From Candidatus Poribacteria bacterium (GTDB lineage Bacteria > Poribacteria > WGA-4E > JAJDTR01), in contig CBDCTK010000002.1 in the NCBI GenBank assembly GCA_965222225.1, forward strand, positions 4,192,001 through 4,256,000: a DNA stretch of 64,000 nucleotides, given 5' to 3'. The notes below the pieces were generated by a model. It was given only the letters and a program-made list of their open reading frames with translations, made no database searches and was not told the origin of the DNA. Below, piece after piece: positions 58,998 through 64,000 of the stretch. Position numbers and translations under genes: made by a program. The first letter of the stretch is position 1; the number at the start of each line of letters is the position of its first letter.

Positions 58998-60287
58998 TTA
59001 CTCCAAATAGGGGCGCAGGTGAGTCAACGTCCGCTCTGCAGCCCCTAGATTCTCTTCAATAACACGCTTTCCAATCAATCCCCTTCGAACTCGTTCTTTC
59101 GGGTTATTGAACCAATGTCCGAGCACGGAAGCCATTTCAGTCGCATTATTGACTAATTGCGCTGCCCCTTCGTCCCGGAGCATGTGCGCTTCGTGAGCGT
59201 TGTGGACGGTTGGCCCGAATAGTATGGGTTTCGCCATTGCCGCCGGCTCCATCACGTTATGAACGCTGCCGTGAAAACTTCCTCCCACAAATACAACATC
59301 GCCCATTAAATAGAGTTTCGCGAGCAATCCAACGGTGTCGATTATAATCACATCGGTGTCTTTCAGATTAATCCCGTCCGTTAAATCGGAAAAACAGAAA
59401 TATGAGAAGCCGCGTAGATTTAACACTTCTCGAATCTGGCGGATGCGGTTCTCGGTCGGCTCGTGAGGAACAAGAATAAGGTGGGGTCGAATCCGGGATG
59501 GTTCCTGCTGCAGAAGTTTGTACGCCTCCAACAATACTCGCTCATCCTCCGAGTAGGTGCTTCCGGCAATCAGAACCTGGCGGGCTAACGTAGCCTGTCC
59601 CGGAAAGAATTCGGCGTCAGCCTCAACGGTTAGCGCTCGTTGGTAGACCCTATCGAAACGTGTGTCGCCAGTCACCTCAATTCGGGCATCAGGCGGGCAA
59701 ATCTGACGGAATCGTTCCGCGTCTGCCTCCGAGATGGCGCAATGGAGTGTGATGTGGCGGTGCACACTCCTGGAAAACGGGCGCACTAGGTATGACATCC
59801 GCTTTGACTTTGCGTGCAGTGTCCCGGCAATAAGAATGATTGGTACCTTCTGGCGGGCGGTTGACCACACGAGATTGGGCCAAGTATCAAATTTTGAAAA
59901 GACTAGAAGTGTTGGCTTGATAATCTGAAGAAGTGCGCGCGCATTGTGACGCGTGTCAAGCGGTAGGTAACCCGATGCATCGCAGTAAGAATATCGCGCG
60001 ACGTTGGGGTGTACGGACGGCGAGAAGTAGGTCAGTACAATTCGAGAATCATCTTTAATCGCCTCAATTAGAGGTTTAGCTTGTTCAAATTCTCCGACCG
60101 AAGTAAAATGAAACCAAACAGTGCAGTCCGATTGCCGTGCCGAATTCAACTGGCTTTTCAGCTTTCTCAGTACATCACGCCTACCTGCGATGCCCTCCCG
60201 GACCTTATTGTCGAATTTCGCTGCGGTGTGAAAACCAACGAATAGCGCCGGAACACCTATCGCGTTATAGAGTGATTCCCAAATCAT
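58998..60287 (-). CDS. waaA: 3-deoxy-D-manno-octulosonic acid transferase
   Basis: WFH..SVGE, AGST, DTVG.L, FVGGSF, HNVMEPA. Confidence 0.9.
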   Translation of the reverse strand: MIWESLYNAIGVPALFVGFHTAAKFDNKVREGIAGRRDVLRKLKSQLNSARQSDCTVWFHFTSVGEFEQAKPLIEAIKDDSRIVLTYFSPSVHPNVARYSYCDASGYLPLDTRHNARALLQIIKPTLLVFSKFDTWPNLVWSTARQKVPIILIAGTLHAKSKRMSYLVRPFSRSVHRHITLHCAISEADAERFRQICPPDARIEVTGDTRFDRVYQRALTVEADAEFFPGQATLARQVLIAGSTYSEDERVLLEAYKLLQQEPSRIRPHLILVPHEPTENRIRQIREVLNLRGFSYFCFSDLTDGINLKDTDVIIIDTVGLLAKLYLMGDVVFVGGSFHGSVHNVMEPAAMAKPILFGPTVHNAHEAHMLRDEGAAQLVNNATEMASVLGHWFNNPKERVRRGLIGKRVIEENLGAAERTLTHLRPYLE

Positions 60288-60367
60288 ATAGAATCTACAC
60301 GTATTTCATTACAAGAGAAGCCAAATAATTGTACCATGTCACTCCGTGCCGTGTGTCGCGACGCACT

Positions 60368-60694
60368 TTATAGTGCGCCTAGAATTTTTTGCTGCAATGC
60401 ATCCTTCGGCATGACACCGACAATTTGCTCGGCAACTTCACCATCTTTGAAAACGAGCAGTGTGGGGATGCTTCGAATGCCGTATTTCATCGCTGTTTCG
60501 CGGTTGTTATCCACATCTAACTTTCCAACAGAGAATTTCCCAACATTCTCATCGGCAAGTTCTTCCAGAATTGGAGCAATCATCTTGCACGGGCCGCACC
60601 ATTCCGCCCAAAAATCAACCACCGTCGGCGTATCGGAACTTACAACACTTTCTTCAAAAGTTTCATCAGTGACTTCAAAAACGTTCCCAGCCAT
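60368..60694 (-). CDS. trxA: Thioredoxin
   Basis: WCGPC active site. Confidence 0.95.
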   Translation of the reverse strand: MAGNVFEVTDETFEESVVSSDTPTVVDFWAEWCGPCKMIAPILEELADENVGKFSVGKLDVDNNRETAMKYGIRSIPTLLVFKDGEVAEQIVGVMPKDALQQKILGAL

Positions 60695-61039
60695 AATTTC
60701 CCTCCTTCTAAGTAATAATCTGTTTTCATGTTTCTCAAAACCGCGTCTCTATTGCTTATCACGAAAAACGAGCAGTGTAGAATCCGCCTACTTGAATATT
60801 GCCAAAAACTGCGCAATATGATACCCTACAAGTATACCAGAGTCAACCGTATTCCCGTCAAAAATCTGTCAACCTCTTGGCGTGGAATACTGTGCATCTG
60901 TTCCGAGTCTGACATCATAGGCATTTGGCTTCAGCCTGAGGCAGCAAAATAAATGGCACCAAGCTTACAACGGATTACTGATTTTGGTTCGGAGTTTAAG
61001 CCTATCCGATGGATCCAAAGACTTGTATCGGAAAGGGCA

Positions 61040-61648
61040 ATGTACAATTTAAGCGGAAAAATAGCCCTTGTCACAGGTGTTGGAGGAGAGTTCGGAATAG
61101 GACGCGCTATCGCCATGAGACTTGCCGAGGATGGCGCCGACTTCGCTATCAGCGACCTCGCACAGAGTCTCCGTATACCGACAGCGGATCGGACTGGGCT
61201 GTGTTGCCGCAGGTAGTCGATGAAATCCGTGCGTTGGAATGCAGATCGATTGGAATTACGGCCGACGTTTCTAAAGCAGTTCAAGTCGAGAACATGGTCC
61301 GGAAGGTGATTGGAGAGTTCGGACGTATTGACATTCTGGTAAACAATGCCGGTGCACTCGCGGGACCGGACCGCGTTTCCGTCACTGGACTGGATGAGGC
61401 GGTCTGGGATCGAGTACAATTTGTTAATGTCAAGGGGACGTTTCTCTGTTGCAAGACAGCTGCCCGGCACTTCAACAATTACGGAAAAACGACGGCAGAT
61501 AGTTGAGAAGAAAGCTTCAGATGTACCTCTAGGTCGGATTGCTCAAGGTCTTGATGTTGATCGAACCGCGGCATACCTCGCTTCGTCCGAGTCGGGCTAT
61601 CACACCGGATTGGCAATAAGTGTTACCGGCGGGTTGGAAATGGGATGA
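61040..61648 (+). pseudogene. Short-chain dehydrogenase pseudogene
   Basis: TG..G..GIG, NNAG and PLGR segments lie in three different frames; YxxxK region absent. Confidence 0.85.
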
Positions 61649-61903
61649 AACCTTTGGCTTGTTTTCGTTCAATACCACGTCCGTTTGATACAGAATAGCC
61701 AACGGCGCTCCCGATACCCTTCAGAGGCAACCAAGCCTTACACTTTTGAGTGCAAGACTTGGGACAGGACGCAGAGCACTACAACTAACACTTCTCGACT
61801 CGTTTCAGCATCTAGGCTACCGCTAAACTTTCAATTCCAACTTCCGTCAAAAAATACGGTTAAATGGATTATGGAGCAGGTCAACATACTCAAGGAGATG
61901 CTA

Positions 61904-63235
61904 ATGATTAGACGGAGAACGTGGTTCGCGCTGGCAATCGTGCTGATGCTTTCAATCCGATTTACGGACGCAGAGGAGCCTGATGTTGGAGTCGACTTTT
62001 CCAGACCTCTCACACTTGAACAGTGCATCAAACTTGCACTGGAGAAGTCGTCCGATATGCGTAATGCACGACTAGATTTTGCCATTCAAGACCTCCGAGT
62101 CGAAAATGCGCGAGCACAATTTCTGCCCGATGTTTTGCTCGGTGGACGATATGGAATTTCCGAAAGGGCTGATTTCGGATTCAAACGCGCAAATTACGAT
62201 CTTGATGTCACGGGAAGATATACACTGTGGGATCACGGCCAGAGAACGGCAACTTACTCGCAGGCAAAGGAGACACGCAATGCGACTGAAAATCGAAACG
62301 AGCGAGTTAAGCAGGGCCTTATTTTTCAAATCACACAAGCCTATTACGATGTGCTCAAATCGCAGGAGCTTGTCAAGGTAAGTAAGGAAATTTTGGCAAG
62401 ATCGCAAGAAAACACTGCGGCAACGAAGGTTCATGTTCAAGTCGGCAATCTGATTCCCGCTGATATTGCCACTTCCCAAGTACGAGAAGCGAATGACGAA
62501 TTGAGTCTCTTAAGCAACGAGAACGATCTCAAAATCGCCTTGGCGACTTTGCCACGGTTAATGGGCATGAAACCGGACACTGTAATCATCCTTGCCGAAG
62601 ACGCTGATTATGTTCAATATCGCGATCGCGGCGAAATTGAGGTCACGGAAATGGCGGTCGAAGAAGCCATCCAGTTGGCATATGAGAACCGTCCGGAGTT
62701 CAAAGAACTTAACTCCCTCCTTGCCCAGCGTGAAGCAGATATGAAACTCGCAACGTTGGGGCGATTGCCACAACTGGACGCGGACTTCAACTACTCCATA
62801 AACCTTGATGATTACCTCCACGAACGTGAGGATTTTAATCAGTTCCGAAGTTGGGACTTTACGACACGGTTGAATTTCCCTATTTTCGATGGCGGGGTCA
62901 CTAAGCGGCTTGTTCAGGAAGTTAGCATACTGCTAAGTCAAATACGCGAGGACGCTCAGGATTTGGAACGCTCTATCGCACTGGAAGCCCGGCAAGCATA
63001 CCTTAACCTCAAACGTGCGGAACGGGCGCTAGATATTTCCGGTACTCAAGTCAGAAACGCTGAATCGAGTCTTGAGGTAATTCGCGGACGATTTCAACAG
63101 GAGCTAGCATTTCTGCTAGAATTACTCGACTCGCAAACGGAGTATGCACAAGCTGTGACCAATCAGGTTCGGTCATTTTATGATTACAAGATTGCGCAAA
63201 GTGCATTGCAGCGTGCAATGGGAACGCTAAATTGA
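61904..63235 (+). CDS. TolC-family outer membrane efflux protein
   Basis: LTLEQCIKLAL, FPIFDGG, two OEP repeats; AAGGAG RBS. Confidence 0.9.
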   Translation: MIRRRTWFALAIVLMLSIRFTDAEEPDVGVDFSRPLTLEQCIKLALEKSSDMRNARLDFAIQDLRVENARAQFLPDVLLGGRYGISERADFGFKRANYDLDVTGRYTLWDHGQRTATYSQAKETRNATENRNERVKQGLIFQITQAYYDVLKSQELVKVSKEILARSQENTAATKVHVQVGNLIPADIATSQVREANDELSLLSNENDLKIALATLPRLMGMKPDTVIILAEDADYVQYRDRGEIEVTEMAVEEAIQLAYENRPEFKELNSLLAQREADMKLATLGRLPQLDADFNYSINLDDYLHEREDFNQFRSWDFTTRLNFPIFDGGVTKRLVQEVSILLSQIREDAQDLERSIALEARQAYLNLKRAERALDISGTQVRNAESSLEVIRGRFQQELAFLLELLDSQTEYAQAVTNQVRSFYDYKIAQSALQRAMGTLN

Positions 63236-64000
63236 GATTCAACAAGAAACACAGCATTATACTCTCATTAGTCGTACTCTTGGTTGCCACGGTTGTGATT
63301 ATCGTCATTAAAATTAAAGGGAAGAGTAAAGATGACGATGAAGAGAAAATGGAAGTTGTCCGGCGCGGCGAGTTTGTTGTCAAGTTGCGTGAGACAGGCA
63401 ATCTTGCGGCTTTGCTTTCTGTAGAAGTGCGTTCAAACGTTGAGGGAGAAATTGAGCAGATTTTTGTGACGGCGGGAGCGCTTGTTGAAGAAGGGCACGA
63501 ATTGCTCAAAATTGACGATGAGCAAATCTCCGAGCAGCGGAACCAGGCAGAGGCATACCGCAACGCACAGAAAGCGCAGCACAAACAGGCGGAACTACGG
63601 ATCGAGCTGAAAAAAAAACAGCAAGCAAGTGAAATTGCCCAAGCCGAAAATTCTGTAAAAATAAAGGAAGGGCGTCTGGAATCGCTAGAACCGACTATAC
63701 GCCAACGAATCACCGAATCCGAAACTCGTATCTCGACAACTTACAACTCTCTTGCACAAGACGACATCGCGCTGCGTCAGGCCAAGATTGCGTTAGAACA
63801 GGCACAACTTGCCCATCAACGCGCGCAAGGCGCCTCTGAAGCGGCGAAGGTTAAGCTTGAAACCGTCCAAGCGGACTACAAGCGCAACCAGGAACTTTAT
63901 GAGAAAAAGTTGGTGCCGAAACGAACGGTGGAGGAATCCGACACGCGTCATGCGAATGCCCTATTCGAATACGAAACAGCAAAGAAAGATGTTGAAACAC
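63232..64000 (+). CDS. Efflux periplasmic adaptor (HlyD/MFP), partial
   Basis: Manual translation: N-terminal TM, VEVRSNVEGEI..V..G..V..G..L, coiled coil; absent from the ORF track because it has no stop in the window. Confidence 0.85.
   Translation, partial: MRFNKKHSIILSLVVLLVATVVIIVIKIKGKSKDDDEEKMEVVRRGEFVVKLRETGNLAALLSVEVRSNVEGEIEQIFVTAGALVEEGHELLKIDDEQISEQRNQAEAYRNAQKAQHKQAELRIELKKKQQASEIAQAENSVKIKEGRLESLEPTIRQRITESETRISTTYNSLAQDDIALRQAKIALEQAQLAHQRAQGASEAAKVKLETVQADYKRNQELYEKKLVPKRTVEESDTRHANALFEYETAKKDVET

Noticed and set aside
63610-63618. A9 run as a phase-variation tract
   Set aside because: It is in frame (Lys-Lys-Lys), with no evidence of slippage
63051-63713. 220-aa minus-strand ORF and similar long shadow ORFs (24257-24937, 41967-42566, 60931-61470)
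   Set aside because: They are antisense to well-supported genes and have no recognisable motifs
1-64000. tRNA or rRNA genes
   Set aside because: None recognised by eye; tRNAscan-SE/barrnap were not run

Overview
64 kb of diderm bacterial chromosome (Omp85, WaaA, TolC). The five PhyH dioxygenases, the ECF-sigma/WD40 fusion and the GTAG/CTAC-footed REP-like repeats suggest Candidatus Poribacteria or a similar lineage (inference only). 1-22 kb: catabolic and regulatory genes (PhyH x5, gluconolactonases, nitrilase, Ldh_2, enolase superfamily) and an IS1 element. 22.3-44.4 kb: a defence hotspot with every gene on the minus strand. It is bracketed by a frameshifted type IIG-like (Eco57I-like) restriction-modification gene and a PLD-SNF2 helicase, and holds about 15 kb of intact and decaying cargo (TIR x3, HEPN-like, HD/YwgA, AlbA-HATPase, TA modules, AAA ATPase, TM proteins). 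It also contains a 56-bp duplicate of the methyltransferase 3' end. 44.7-64 kb: iron storage and uptake, ppk2, ECF/anti-sigma, IS1595, folB, waaA, trxA and a TolC/adaptor pair. Main non-genic signals: (1) a family of 35-bp micro-elements (GGATCTCTATCGC-N17-TTGAT) that insert without target duplication into REP-like repeats and into each other; (2) a perfect sigma70 promoter with two Fur-like boxes that fires antisense into bfr and towards the Fe(III) ABC operon; (3) recurrent 10-11-bp tandem duplications, two of which break genes. All family calls come from motif recognition by eye; no searches were run.
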